DNA of 64,000 nt from Halarcobacter sp. GTDB taxonomy: Bacteria; Campylobacterota; Campylobacteria; Campylobacterales; Arcobacteraceae. Below are positions 8,795 to 18,993 of this stretch, piece after piece. The translations under genes and the position numbers were made by a program. The notes under the pieces are model-generated. The model searched no databases, had not been told where the DNA came from, and saw only the letters and a program-made list of their open reading frames with translations. The stretch spans positions 640,001 through 704,000 of the forward strand of contig OY781089.1 of the NCBI GenBank assembly GCA_963676565.1, written 5' to 3'. How positions within the stretch are numbered: position 1 is the stretch's first letter; each line of letters starts with the position of its first letter.

Positions 8795-11002
8795 ATGAAG
8801 AAAACAATCCTATTTTTATTACTTTTTATAAACTTTCTATATGCACAAAATAAAGAGGTGTTACTGATTCATTCATATCATAAAGGATATAAATGGACAG
8901 ATGACATCTCTAAAGAGATAGAAAAAAACTTTGAACCCTATGATAATATTGAACTTACAACTTTTTATATGGATACAAAAAGAGTTGTAGGGGAAAACTA
9001 TTTTTACAAATTAGCAAATTTATATAAAGAAAAAATCGCAAACAGAAATTTTGATTTAGTTATTGTAAGTGATAACAATGCCTTTGATTTTTTAGTTAAA
9101 TACCACGATTTTTTATTCCCTTCTTCACCTGTACTTTTCTGTGGGATTAATAATTTTAGTAAATCAATTCTTGATGAGAACTTTGTAACCCATTATATGA
9201 GTGGTGTTGTTGAGCAAGTTGACTTAGAAAAAAACTTCGAATTGATTTTAAATCTTCAACCAAATTTAGAAAAATTAATGATTATAAATGATAAGTCTAA
9301 AACTGGTATGGCTATGAAAAAAGATTTAGAACCTATTATGAAAAGATATAAAGACAGAGTAAAAATTGAATATATAGATGACTTAGATATAAAAAATATT
9401 CAAAACGAGATTACAAAACTAGATTCAAATAGTGCAATTTTACTAGTTTTACTTTTTAAAGATAAAACAGGCAAATATTTCACCTATAAACAAAGTGTAA
9501 AAGCAATAAGAAAAGTAAGTAATGTTCCCCTTTATGGTTTATGGGATTTTTATTTAGATTATGGGATTGTTGGAGGTTTATTAACTTCTGCAAAAGCTCA
9601 AGGGGATGCAGTTTCTAAAATGGCTTTAGAGGTTTTAAATGGCAAAAAAGTTTATGATATACCTATTTTAGAAAAATCTCCAAACAAGTATCTTTTTGAT
9701 TATAATGAATTAAATAGATTTGATTTAGATGTGTCGGAGATTTTAAAAGACTATACAATAATAAATGAACCACACACTTTTATTAGAAAATACACAAAAT
9801 TAGTAATAATTACAGTAACAATAATTGCTATTTTACTTATCATGGTATTTTCAATGAAAGCAAATATTCAAAGAAGAAAAATTGTTGAAAAAGATTTACA
9901 AAATAGAATTAAATTTGATAAAGTATTACTTGATACCTTGCCAAATCCAATATATTATAAAAATAAAGATGGGAAGTTTTTAGGTTGTAATAAAGCTTTT
10001 TGTGAACTTCTAAGTGTCCCTAAAAAAGATGTAATAGGAAAAACTGCTAAAGATTTTTTTAGCCCAGAGGTTGCAAAGAAGAATAAAAAAGTTGATGAAG
10101 AGCTCTTAAAAACCCATGGAACTAATACTTCTGAAGTAACATTGCATCTTCCAAACAATCATATGAAACATATTATTATCAATAAAGCAGTATATTTAGA
10201 TAATGATGGCTCAATTGGTGGAATTGTTTGTATTATGGATGATATAACTGAAAGAATACAGCAAAAACAGTTTTTAATACAGCAGGGAAAATTAGCAGAA
10301 ATGGGTGATATGGTTGCAGCGATTGCTCACCAGTGGAATGAACCTTTAGTTGAATTATCTGCACAGGTTCAAGATATACAAACCTCATTTTTATTAAATG
10401 AATTAAAAGATATTCAAGTAAAAGAGTTTGTAAATGATTCTATGGTTCAAATAAAGTATATGTCAAAAACCCTAAGTGATTTTAGAAACTTTTTAAAACC
10501 CTCAACGAGTAAAAGACTATTTGCCATTAGAAAAGCCTTTGAAGATATCTTTGAAGTTATAGGTAAACAAATATTTTATTCAAATATAAACCTTCACTTT
10601 AATTATGAGTATGATAAAGAGGAACTTTTAATTTATGGTTATGAAAATGAGTTTAAACAGGTCTTATTAAACTTAATAAACAATGCAAAAAATAAAGTTT
10701 TAGAGAAAAAGAGTTCAAAAAAATACAATATAACTATTAATATTTCAAGTTGTAATACTTATACTACAATTGAGATTATCGATGATGCTGGAAATATAGA
10801 TGAAAATATCATTGATAAGATATTCGAACCATATTTTACTACTAAAAAAGATGGTACAGGGTTTGGTCTTTATATGGCAAAGGTAATAATCGAGGATAAG
10901 ATGAATGGAACAATTAGTGTAAAAAATAAAGAGAAACATGTTATATTCACAATTAAACTTCCTCACAATAAAAGGTTAGCAAATGAAAATAATGCTTCTT
11001 GA
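8795..11002 (+). CDS. Sensor histidine kinase: periplasmic substrate-binding-like domain, TM, PAS, kinase
   Basis: Signal peptide, TM near aa 337-355, PAS (LPNPIYYKN...GCNKAF), H-box AIAHQW, GTGFGL G2 box. Confidence 0.9.
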   Translation: MKKTILFLLLFINFLYAQNKEVLLIHSYHKGYKWTDDISKEIEKNFEPYDNIELTTFYMDTKRVVGENYFYKLANLYKEKIANRNFDLVIVSDNNAFDFLVKYHDFLFPSSPVLFCGINNFSKSILDENFVTHYMSGVVEQVDLEKNFELILNLQPNLEKLMIINDKSKTGMAMKKDLEPIMKRYKDRVKIEYIDDLDIKNIQNEITKLDSNSAILLVLLFKDKTGKYFTYKQSVKAIRKVSNVPLYGLWDFYLDYGIVGGLLTSAKAQGDAVSKMALEVLNGKKVYDIPILEKSPNKYLFDYNELNRFDLDVSEILKDYTIINEPHTFIRKYTKLVIITVTIIAILLIMVFSMKANIQRRKIVEKDLQNRIKFDKVLLDTLPNPIYYKNKDGKFLGCNKAFCELLSVPKKDVIGKTAKDFFSPEVAKKNKKVDEELLKTHGTNTSEVTLHLPNNHMKHIIINKAVYLDNDGSIGGIVCIMDDITERIQQKQFLIQQGKLAEMGDMVAAIAHQWNEPLVELSAQVQDIQTSFLLNELKDIQVKEFVNDSMVQIKYMSKTLSDFRNFLKPSTSKRLFAIRKAFEDIFEVIGKQIFYSNINLHFNYEYDKEELLIYGYENEFKQVLLNLINNAKNKVLEKKSSKKYNITINISSCNTYTTIEIIDDAGNIDENIIDKIFEPYFTTKKDGTGFGLYMAKVIIEDKMNGTISVKNKEKHVIFTIKLPHNKRLANENNAS

Positions 11003-11627
11003 AGATAATGTTAAGCTAAATGCAACAATTAAGAAAAGGCTGGAATTAAAAGGCTACAAAGTATTTAGTTATGTGGATGGAAAAGAAGCCTTTAATAATA
11101 TAACCGAAGGGTTCTCTTGTTTTATATTAGATATAAATGTACCAAATATTGATGGGATAAAGATTTTAAAGAAGATTAGAGAGTTTTATTCAGAAGTTCC
11201 AGTTATCATAATCTCAGCTTCAGTTGAACTTGATGTGATAAAGGAATCCTATGATTTTGGTTGTAATGATTATCTAAAAAAACCATTTTTTATAGATGAG
11301 CTTGAAATAAAAGTTGAAAGACTTTGTCAAATTACAAACGATTTAATTACCTTTGATGAAGATTGTTACTTTGATTACAAATCTTCAACAATAACAATTG
11401 ATGGTGAAACTCAAAGACTTACAAAAAAAGAAAGGTTATTAATCAATCTTTTTTTAACAAAAAAGAATCAAGTACTTACTTATGAAGCAATAGAAAATTA
11501 TGTTTGGGAAGGTTCTTTTGTTTCAATTGAATCAATTAGAAGTCTTGTTAGACGTCTTAGAAAAGTAGTAAAAAAAGATTATATTGAAACAGTAGTTGAT
11601 ACTGGATATAAATTTAAAGTGGACTAA
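10983..11627 (+). CDS. OmpR-family response regulator
   Basis: Receiver domain (LLEDN, ILDINVP, KP) plus winged helix; overlaps the kinase. Confidence 0.92.
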   Translation: MKIMLLEDNVKLNATIKKRLELKGYKVFSYVDGKEAFNNITEGFSCFILDINVPNIDGIKILKKIREFYSEVPVIIISASVELDVIKESYDFGCNDYLKKPFFIDELEIKVERLCQITNDLITFDEDCYFDYKSSTITIDGETQRLTKKERLLINLFLTKKNQVLTYEAIENYVWEGSFVSIESIRSLVRRLRKVVKKDYIETVVDTGYKFKVD

Positions 11628-11641
11628 ATAGTCAAAAATAG

Positions 11642-11670
11642 CATAAAAGTAGCATTTTGCTATTTTTATG
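11642..11670 (+). terminator. Hairpin after the response regulator
   Basis: CATAAAAGTAGCA / TGCTATTTTTATG near-perfect inverted repeat. Confidence 0.45.
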
Positions 11671-11788
11671 AACATATGCTCACAAAGCCCTATTTATAGG
11701 GATTTTATCAAAAAAAATTATGAAAATATCATATCATTATCATGTATGGCTGTTACAATTTTTCCGAGACACAAAAAAAGGAGATCAC

Positions 11789-12862
11789 ATGAAAATGTTT
11801 GGTAAAACTACTAAACTACTTGTAGCAACTGTATTAGTTGCTGGATTAGCAACAACAGATGCTATGGCAAAAAAAGTATACAAATGGAAACTAGCAACAA
11901 CTTGGGGACCAACTTTACATCCATTTATTGATGCACCACTAAATATGGCAAAAATGGTTGAAGAGATGTCTGATGGAAGACTTAAAATTAGAGTTGATGC
12001 ATCAAATAAACACAAAGCTGCACTTGGTATCTTAGATATGGTTAAGGGTGGACAATATGAAATGGGTCACTCTGCATCATATTATTGGAAAGGTAAAGAT
12101 ATCAATACATTACCATTCTCAACAATGCCATTTGGTATGACTACACCTGAACAATATTCTTGGTTCTACTACGGTGGTGGAAAAGAATTAATGGAAAAAG
12201 TTTATAAAAAACATAAAGTATTATCTTTCCCTGGTGGAAGTTCAGGAAACCAAATGGGTGGATGGTTTAGAAAAGAGATTAATAGTGTTGATGATTTAAA
12301 AGGTCTTAAAATGAGAATTCCAGGATTTGCTGGAGAGATCATGGCAAAACTAGGATTAACAGTTACAAACATTGCTCCAGGTGAATTATATACTTCACTT
12401 GAAAGAGGAACAATTGATGCTTTAGAGTGGGTTGGACCAGGTATGGATATTAACATGGGATTCAACAAAATTGCTCCTTACTACTATACAGGATGGCATG
12501 AACCAGGATTAGATTTACAATTTTTAATTAATGAAAAAGCATTTAATAAATTACCAAAAGATTTACAAGAGATTTTAGTTACTGCAATGAAAGCAAGTGC
12601 TTTTGATATGTATTTACAAAATTATCACATGAGTGCTGAAGCTTGGGCTTCAATTGAAAAAGATTATCCAAATATCAAAATCAAAACTTTCCCAAAACCA
12701 GTAATGGATGCTATGAAAAAAGCAAATGTTGAGTTAAGAGAAGAGATGACAAAAAATAATCCTTTATTAAAAGAGATTTTAGATTCTCAAGAATCTTATC
12801 AGAAAAAAGTTAGAAAATGGACAGAAATGTCTGATTATATCTACTTAAAAGATAACTTATAA
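11789..12862 (+). CDS. dctP: TRAP transporter substrate-binding protein (monocarboxylate/2-oxoacid type)
   Basis: Signal peptide; YYWKGK, GNQMGGWF, GLKMRIPG and LERGTIDALEW motifs; start set at ATG 11789 after AAGGAG. Confidence 0.92.
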   Translation: MKMFGKTTKLLVATVLVAGLATTDAMAKKVYKWKLATTWGPTLHPFIDAPLNMAKMVEEMSDGRLKIRVDASNKHKAALGILDMVKGGQYEMGHSASYYWKGKDINTLPFSTMPFGMTTPEQYSWFYYGGGKELMEKVYKKHKVLSFPGGSSGNQMGGWFRKEINSVDDLKGLKMRIPGFAGEIMAKLGLTVTNIAPGELYTSLERGTIDALEWVGPGMDINMGFNKIAPYYYTGWHEPGLDLQFLINEKAFNKLPKDLQEILVTAMKASAFDMYLQNYHMSAEAWASIEKDYPNIKIKTFPKPVMDAMKKANVELREEMTKNNPLLKEILDSQESYQKKVRKWTEMSDYIYLKDNL

Positions 12863-12875
12863 TATCTTTTTACAT

Positions 12876-12904
12876 CAACCTCTTTTCCTAAGGAAAAGGG
12901 GTTG
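12876..12904 (+). terminator. Stem-loop after dctP (mRNA-stabilising or partial terminator)
   Basis: CAACCTCTTTTCCT / AGGAAAAGGGGTTG inverted repeat. Confidence 0.6.
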
Positions 12905-12992
12905 CTTAATTTAAAAATGGGTAAGATAAATGTAAGAAGGATATATTTTTCTTACCTATTAACATATTTAGATAACACCCAAAGGAATTTTT

Positions 12993-13628
12993 ATGTTATT
13001 AAAACTAGAGCGTGGTTTTGATAAGTTTGCCGATTTTATCGGACTTATTACAGCTGTAGCAATGGTACTTATGATTTTAAATGTATTTTATGATGTTGTT
13101 ATGAGATACTTTTTTAAAGCAGGATCTATTGCAATGCAAGAGATGGAGTGGCACCTATTTTCTGTAATTATATTAATTGGAATTAGTTATACACTAAAAG
13201 AAGATGGTCATGTTAGAGTTGACTTAGTATATGATAAGTTAAGCCCAAGAAAAAAAGCAATGATTAATATGATTGGTGCAATTATTTTTATTTTACCAAT
13301 TTCTATTTTAGTAGGTATTGATTCAATTGCAAATGTTAAAGAGGCATTTAGCTCGATGGAAGGTAGTGGAGATCCAGGTGGGTTACCATATAGATGGATT
13401 GTTAAATCACTTATTCCATTATCATTTTTGCTTTTAATTATTACAACAATTGGATTTTTTATAAAAAATCTTAATATATATAAAGGTTATAGCGTACTTG
13501 ATGAGTATAATCTAAAAGGTGAAATTGAAAATCTAAAATGTGATTTAGAAGAGCATAAATTTCATGTTGTAAATATAGATGGAAGTGATGATGAACCAAA
13601 AAAAGATGAGAAAAGAGATTTAAAATGA
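12993..13628 (+). CDS. dctQ: TRAP transporter small permease with acidic C-terminal extension
   Basis: Four TM segments; DVVMRY, QEMEWH and HVRVD motifs. Confidence 0.9.
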   Translation: MLLKLERGFDKFADFIGLITAVAMVLMILNVFYDVVMRYFFKAGSIAMQEMEWHLFSVIILIGISYTLKEDGHVRVDLVYDKLSPRKKAMINMIGAIIFILPISILVGIDSIANVKEAFSSMEGSGDPGGLPYRWIVKSLIPLSFLLLIITTIGFFIKNLNIYKGYSVLDEYNLKGEIENLKCDLEEHKFHVVNIDGSDDEPKKDEKRDLK

Positions 13629-14998
13629 TTGGTATAGTTATGTTCTTTACTGCATTGTTTATGCTAATCATTGGATTTCCAGTAGCATTTACATTTGCAG
13701 CTGTTTCAGTGTTTTTTGGAATTGCAGCAGGTTTTATTGAAATATTTAAATACGCAGAAGAGGGACAAGCCTTTATGGATCTTGTTCAATCAGGATGGTT
13801 AGAAGGTATTTCAATGTTTGAGTTTATGCCTTTTAGAATTTACTCAATTCAACAAAGTACAATTTTGATGGCTATTCCTATGTTTATCTTTATGGGAATT
13901 GTTTTACAAAAAACTGGGCTTGCTGAAAGGCTTCTTGAGTCTATGGGATTCTTGTTTGGAGAAATTAGAGGTGGTGTTGCAATTTCTACAGTTTTAGTTG
14001 GAACATTACTTGCTGCTTCTACTGGTGTGGTTGGTGCTTCAGTTGTGGCTATGGGAGTTATTTCTCTTCCTGTTATGCTGAAATATAAATACAATACCCC
14101 TATGGCTTGTGGAACCATATGTGCCTCAGGAACATTAGGGCAAATTATTCCACCATCTATTGTATTAATTATCTTAGGGGATGTTTTCCAAGTTCCTGTT
14201 GGTGATCTTTTTACAGCAGCAGTTTGGCCAGGACTTGCATTGGTTGGAGCATATATTGTATATATTTTGATTTTATCTTTTGTTAATAAAGATATGGCTC
14301 CTGCTATTCCAGCAGATCCAAGTAGAGGGAATAAAACAAAACAAGTTATTAGAGCCTTGATTGATATCATTCCTTCATTGACACTAATTATTTTAGTTTT
14401 AGGTTCAATTTTTGCAGGTGTAGCAACTCCAACTGAATCAGCAGCTGTTGGTTGTATCGGTGCAATTGCACTTGCCTTAATGTATAAAACATTTTCAGTG
14501 GGAATGGTAAAAGAAGCAGCTTTAGAGTCAGTTAAAGTTACATCTATGGTATTTGGTATTCTAATTGGTGCAACAGCCTTTTCAATGGTATTTTCATATA
14601 CAGGTGGAGAAGAAGTTGTTGAGCATGTGATGCTAAGTTTACCAGGTGATGAAAAATGGGGATTTGTAATCTTTACAATGTTAGCAATTTTAATTTTAGG
14701 TTTCTTTATTGACTTTATTGAGATTTCATATATAATTGTTCCTATTTTAATTCCTGTTGCTGAAACATTAGGAATAAATCCTGTATGGTTTGCTATTTTA
14801 ATTGCAATGAACTTACAAACTTCATTTTTAACACCACCATTTGGATTCTCCCTATTTTATCTAAAAGGGTGTGCCCCAGCTGGTGTTACAACAGGACAAA
14901 TATATAAAGGTGTAGTTCCTTTTATTGCAATACAAATTATAGTATTGTTTATAGTTGCTTTCTATCCAGAATTTTTCGGTATGAGCGCTGATATGTAA
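13625..14998 (+). CDS. dctM: TRAP transporter large permease
   Basis: GTLGQIIPPS, ATPTESAA and TPPFG motifs; many TM segments. Confidence 0.93.
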   Translation: MIGIVMFFTALFMLIIGFPVAFTFAAVSVFFGIAAGFIEIFKYAEEGQAFMDLVQSGWLEGISMFEFMPFRIYSIQQSTILMAIPMFIFMGIVLQKTGLAERLLESMGFLFGEIRGGVAISTVLVGTLLAASTGVVGASVVAMGVISLPVMLKYKYNTPMACGTICASGTLGQIIPPSIVLIILGDVFQVPVGDLFTAAVWPGLALVGAYIVYILILSFVNKDMAPAIPADPSRGNKTKQVIRALIDIIPSLTLIILVLGSIFAGVATPTESAAVGCIGAIALALMYKTFSVGMVKEAALESVKVTSMVFGILIGATAFSMVFSYTGGEEVVEHVMLSLPGDEKWGFVIFTMLAILILGFFIDFIEISYIIVPILIPVAETLGINPVWFAILIAMNLQTSFLTPPFGFSLFYLKGCAPAGVTTGQIYKGVVPFIAIQIIVLFIVAFYPEFFGMSADM

Positions 14999-15000
14999 TT

Positions 15001-15026
15001 AAAAGAGAGTTTCAAAACTCTCTTTT
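15001..15026 (+). terminator. Intrinsic terminator after dctM
   Basis: AAAAGAGAGTTT-CA-AAACTCTCTTTT. Confidence 0.7.
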
Positions 15027-15037
15027 TAAAGGTCAAA

Positions 15038-15151
15038 ATGTCATTAGTTATTGATTTAATTGAAAATATTATCTTACAAATTTGTGATAGGATGAACAGT
15101 TTTATTGATGATCCTCAACAAAGAATCTACACCGTTCCACGCCTTGAATAG
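15038..15151 (+). CDS. Candidate small protein, 37 aa (MSLVIDLIENIILQICDRMNSFIDDPQQRIYTVPRLE)
   Basis: Hand-translated ATG..TAG ORF with AAAGG 5 nt upstream; below the ORF-track length cutoff. Confidence 0.4.
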   Translation: MSLVIDLIENIILQICDRMNSFIDDPQQRIYTVPRLE

Positions 15152-15220
15152 CCCTAAAATAACATATTAATATCACACAAAAAATATATAATTAACAAAA
15201 TGAAGAAATAAGGAAAGATA

Positions 15221-18061
15221 ATGTTAGAAGGGAAATATCTAGATTTTTTTAATCAAATTTCACAAAAACTAAAAAAAGAGAATATCTTTACAGATAAATT
15301 ACACACTTATGCATATGGTACTGATGCCTCATTTTACAGACTAACTCCTAAAATTGTTATCAAAACTGATAATGCCGATGAGGTGGCGACAATTTTAGAA
15401 TTAGCACATGAAATGGAATTAAGTTCTACTTTTAGAGCAGCAGGAACTTCTCTATCAGGTCAAGCAATTTCAGATTCAATTTTAATTGTTACTTCAAGAA
15501 ATTTTAGAGACTTTAGAGTTTCAGATGATAAATCTTTAATCTCATTAGAACCAGGTTTAACTGGTCTTGAAGCAAATAATATCTTAGCACCATTTGGTAA
15601 AAAAATTGGTCCAGATCCAGCTTCAATTAATGCAGCGATGATTGGTGGAATTGCCGCAAACAATGCATCTGGTATGTGTTGTGGTATTTCACAAAACTCA
15701 TACAAGACTTTATCATCAATGAAGCTTATTTTTAAGGATGGTACAAAATTAGACACAGCTGATGAAAATTCAAAGGCAGCATTTAGAAAATCCCATGGAG
15801 ACTTTCTAAAAGGTTTAAAACAAATTGCAAGTGATACTGTAAATGATGAGGTTTTAAGAGCTAAAATTGAAAAGAAATTTAAAATCAAAAATACATGTGG
15901 GTACTCTTTAAATGCATTAATTGATTTTGAAGATGAATTTGAAATCTTACAACACTTAATCATTGGAAGTGAAGGTACATTAGCATTTATTGAAGAGATT
16001 ACTTATGAAACAGTTGAAGATTTAAAAGATAAATCAAGTGCATTAATCTATTTTAAAGATGTAGAAGAAGCATGTAATGCTGTTACAAAATTAAAACTTG
16101 CACGTGAAGCAGGAACAATCATTGTTGATGCTGTTGAACTGATGGATAGAGCAGGGCTTAGAAGTATTGAAAATGACCCAGCTATGCCTGAATACATAAA
16201 AGATTTTGACGAAAATGTCACTGCACTTTTAATTGAAACAAGAGCAGTAAGCGATGAAGCTCTTGATGTTCAAATTAAGCAATTAGAAGAGTTATTAGCT
16301 GAGTTTGAAGTAGTAAGAGACATTTACTTCACTAAAGATGTTGCTGAATACACTTTATATTGGAAAATTAGAAAAGGATTATTCCCAGCAGTTGGAGCAG
16401 TTAGAGAGCTTGGAACTACTGTTATTATTGAAGATGTTGCTTACCCTATTGAAAGACTTGCAGAAGCAACTTTAGAGCTTCAAGAATTATTTAAAAAACA
16501 TGGTTACAGTGAAGCACTTATTTTTGGACATGCATTAGAGGGGAATTTTCACTTTGTATTTACTCAAGATTTTTCAATTGAATCAGAGGTAAAAAGATAT
16601 GATGCTTTTATGAATGATGTTGTAAATTCAGTTGCTGTTAAATATGAGGGAAGCTTAAAAGCTGAACACGGTACAGGAAGAAATATGGCAGCTTTCATTG
16701 AAGTAGAGTGGGGTAAAACTGCATATGAAATGATGAAAAGAATTAAAAATCTTTTTGACCCAAAAAATCTATTAAATCCTGGTGTAATTATTAATGATGA
16801 TGCAGAAGCACATTTAAAAAATCTTAAACCTATGGCTGCTACAAATGAATTAGTAGACAAATGTATTGAGTGTGGATTTTGTGAACCAACTTGTCCTTCA
16901 AATGATATTACATTAACTCCAAGACAAAGAATTACAGTAAATAGACTTATTTCTCAACTTGAAGATGATGGGAAATTTGAAGAAGCTAAAGAGTATAAAG
17001 ATTTATACCAATATGATGGAGTTGATACTTGTGCCGCATGTTCACTATGTGCAACTGCTTGCCCTGTTAAAATTGATACAGGAGCATTAACAAAACATCT
17101 AAGATATGAACAAATTAGTCCTAGAGCAAACTCTATTGCTACAAAAATTGCAAACAATTATGCCTCAACATTAAGTGGTATGAGATTTGGTTTAGGAGGA
17201 GCAAACTTAGTTCATAAAATTTTAGGAACTGCTTCTATGGGTTCTCTTACATCAACTTTTAGAGATTGGTCAGGAGGAGCAATTCCAAAATGGTCACCAT
17301 ATCTACCAAAGGCTACCAATATTGATATTACATTTGAACAAAAATCAAGTGATAAAAAGATTGTTTATTTCCCATCTTGTTTAGCAAGGTCTATGGGTAG
17401 AAGTAGCGAAAGTAGCGTAGAAGAAGAACTATTTGATGTAACAGTTAGAGTTCTTAAAAAAGCTGGTTTTCAAATTTTATTCCCTGATAATTTAAGTGAG
17501 CTTTGTTGTGGTACCCCTTTTGCTTCAAAAGGATTTAAAGAACAAGAGAAAATGAAATCTGATGAATTAGAAAAAGAGTTATTAAAAATCACAAATAATG
17601 GTGAAATTCCAGTACTTTGTGAAACAGGTACTTGTACTAAGAAGATGCTTGATAATTTCTCTTCAGATATGAAAATCTATGAACCAATTGATTTCTCACT
17701 TGAGTATTTAGTTGATGCTTTAGAGTTTGAAAAAATTGATGACCCAATCACGATTCACACAAACTGTACAACAAGAAAAATGGGATTACATGAAAACTTT
17801 GTAAAATTAGCTAGCATGTGTGCTAAAAAAGTTATTGTTCCTGAAAATGTAAAATGTTGTGGATTTGCAGGGGATAGAGGTTTTAATTTCCCAGAATTAA
17901 ATAAATCAGCTTTAAGATTTTTAAAAGATGATATAAAAGATGCAAAATTTGCATTCTCTACGTCTAAGACTTGTGAAATTGGTCTTAGTGAATACTCAGG
18001 ATTAGATTACAACTCAATTTTCTATCTAATTGATAGAACTTCAAAAGCTAAAAACATCTAA
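15221..18061 (+). CDS. FAD-binding, Fe-S-containing D-lactate dehydrogenase (Dld-II-like)
   Basis: FRAAGTSLSGQ FAD motif, IIGSEGTL, LKAEHGTG, two 4Fe-4S motifs and CCG domains; lactate gene context. Confidence 0.85.
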   Translation: MLEGKYLDFFNQISQKLKKENIFTDKLHTYAYGTDASFYRLTPKIVIKTDNADEVATILELAHEMELSSTFRAAGTSLSGQAISDSILIVTSRNFRDFRVSDDKSLISLEPGLTGLEANNILAPFGKKIGPDPASINAAMIGGIAANNASGMCCGISQNSYKTLSSMKLIFKDGTKLDTADENSKAAFRKSHGDFLKGLKQIASDTVNDEVLRAKIEKKFKIKNTCGYSLNALIDFEDEFEILQHLIIGSEGTLAFIEEITYETVEDLKDKSSALIYFKDVEEACNAVTKLKLAREAGTIIVDAVELMDRAGLRSIENDPAMPEYIKDFDENVTALLIETRAVSDEALDVQIKQLEELLAEFEVVRDIYFTKDVAEYTLYWKIRKGLFPAVGAVRELGTTVIIEDVAYPIERLAEATLELQELFKKHGYSEALIFGHALEGNFHFVFTQDFSIESEVKRYDAFMNDVVNSVAVKYEGSLKAEHGTGRNMAAFIEVEWGKTAYEMMKRIKNLFDPKNLLNPGVIINDDAEAHLKNLKPMAATNELVDKCIECGFCEPTCPSNDITLTPRQRITVNRLISQLEDDGKFEEAKEYKDLYQYDGVDTCAACSLCATACPVKIDTGALTKHLRYEQISPRANSIATKIANNYASTLSGMRFGLGGANLVHKILGTASMGSLTSTFRDWSGGAIPKWSPYLPKATNIDITFEQKSSDKKIVYFPSCLARSMGRSSESSVEEELFDVTVRVLKKAGFQILFPDNLSELCCGTPFASKGFKEQEKMKSDELEKELLKITNNGEIPVLCETGTCTKKMLDNFSSDMKIYEPIDFSLEYLVDALEFEKIDDPITIHTNCTTRKMGLHENFVKLASMCAKKVIVPENVKCCGFAGDRGFNFPELNKSALRFLKDDIKDAKFAFSTSKTCEIGLSEYSGLDYNSIFYLIDRTSKAKNI

Positions 18062-18131
18062 TCTTTTTTTGGACAAAACAGATATTTACCTTTTCTTTGG
18101 TAAAATATCTGTTTTTAAGAAAAAGGATAAA

Positions 18132-18986
18132 ATGATGAAACAATATGGAATTCTGTCAACAGGTAAAAAAGTATTTTTTACTCTTCTTTTAACTTCAAGT
18201 GTTGCATTTGCAGGGATGATAGATGCGATAGCTTTAGTTGTAAATGATACACCAATCACTCTTTACGATATTGAAAAAAGGAAAGTTGAACGAAACATTC
18301 CAAAGGAAGAAGCAGTTAGTCAATTAGTTGATGAAGCTTTATTTCAAGAATTAGTTCAAAAAAACAATATAACAGCTGACATTTTTGATGTTAATAATTA
18401 TTTAGAGAAGATTGCAGCTTCAAATGGTATGGACCTATATACATTCAAATCAATAATTAAACAAAAATATAAAAACTATGAAGCTTATGAAGAACAAATA
18501 AAACAGCAAATTATTAGAGAAAAACTAACTCAAAAATTAGTTAGAGGAAATATAAAAATAGCTACTGAAGAGGATTTAAAAATCTATTATGAAAATAATC
18601 AAAATCAATTTAAAGCAGCTTCAAATGTAAAAGCAGTTCAATATGCTTCTGCAAATAAAGCAGATTTGATTAAAGTTACTCAAAACCCAATGGTAAATAT
18701 CCCAGGGGTTACTAGAGCACCAATTGATTTAGACCAAACAACTTTAAATCCACAATTAAGATATGTGATTAATGAAACAAAGATAAACCAATTTACACCA
18801 ATTTTTACATCAAATAAACAATTTGTTACATTAATGATTGTTCAAAAAGAGAATCAACAAACAATAGCTTTTGAAAATGTAAAAGATAGAATTTTTAACA
18901 TAATTATGCAAGATAGAGAAAAAACATATTTAAAAGATTATTTTGAGAAATTAAAACTATCTGCAGATATAAAAATAGTAAGGTAG
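18132..18986 (+). CDS. Periplasmic SurA-like chaperone / peptidyl-prolyl isomerase
   Basis: Signal peptide, IALVVND.PITLYDI SurA N-terminus, C-terminal LKLSADIKI; start set at 18132. Confidence 0.8.
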   Translation: MMKQYGILSTGKKVFFTLLLTSSVAFAGMIDAIALVVNDTPITLYDIEKRKVERNIPKEEAVSQLVDEALFQELVQKNNITADIFDVNNYLEKIAASNGMDLYTFKSIIKQKYKNYEAYEEQIKQQIIREKLTQKLVRGNIKIATEEDLKIYYENNQNQFKAASNVKAVQYASANKADLIKVTQNPMVNIPGVTRAPIDLDQTTLNPQLRYVINETKINQFTPIFTSNKQFVTLMIVQKENQQTIAFENVKDRIFNIIMQDREKTYLKDYFEKLKLSADIKIVR

Positions 18987-18993
18987 AGGAGAG

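Noticed and set aside
11720..11788. Longer N-terminus for dctP given by the ORF track
   Set aside because: The RBS and signal peptide fit ATG 11789; the upstream part is promoter region
15150..15162. AGCCCTAAAATAA shared with 35953-35965, and a related palindrome near 11688
   Set aside because: Short and AT-rich with only two exact copies; cannot be separated from chance without a genome-wide count
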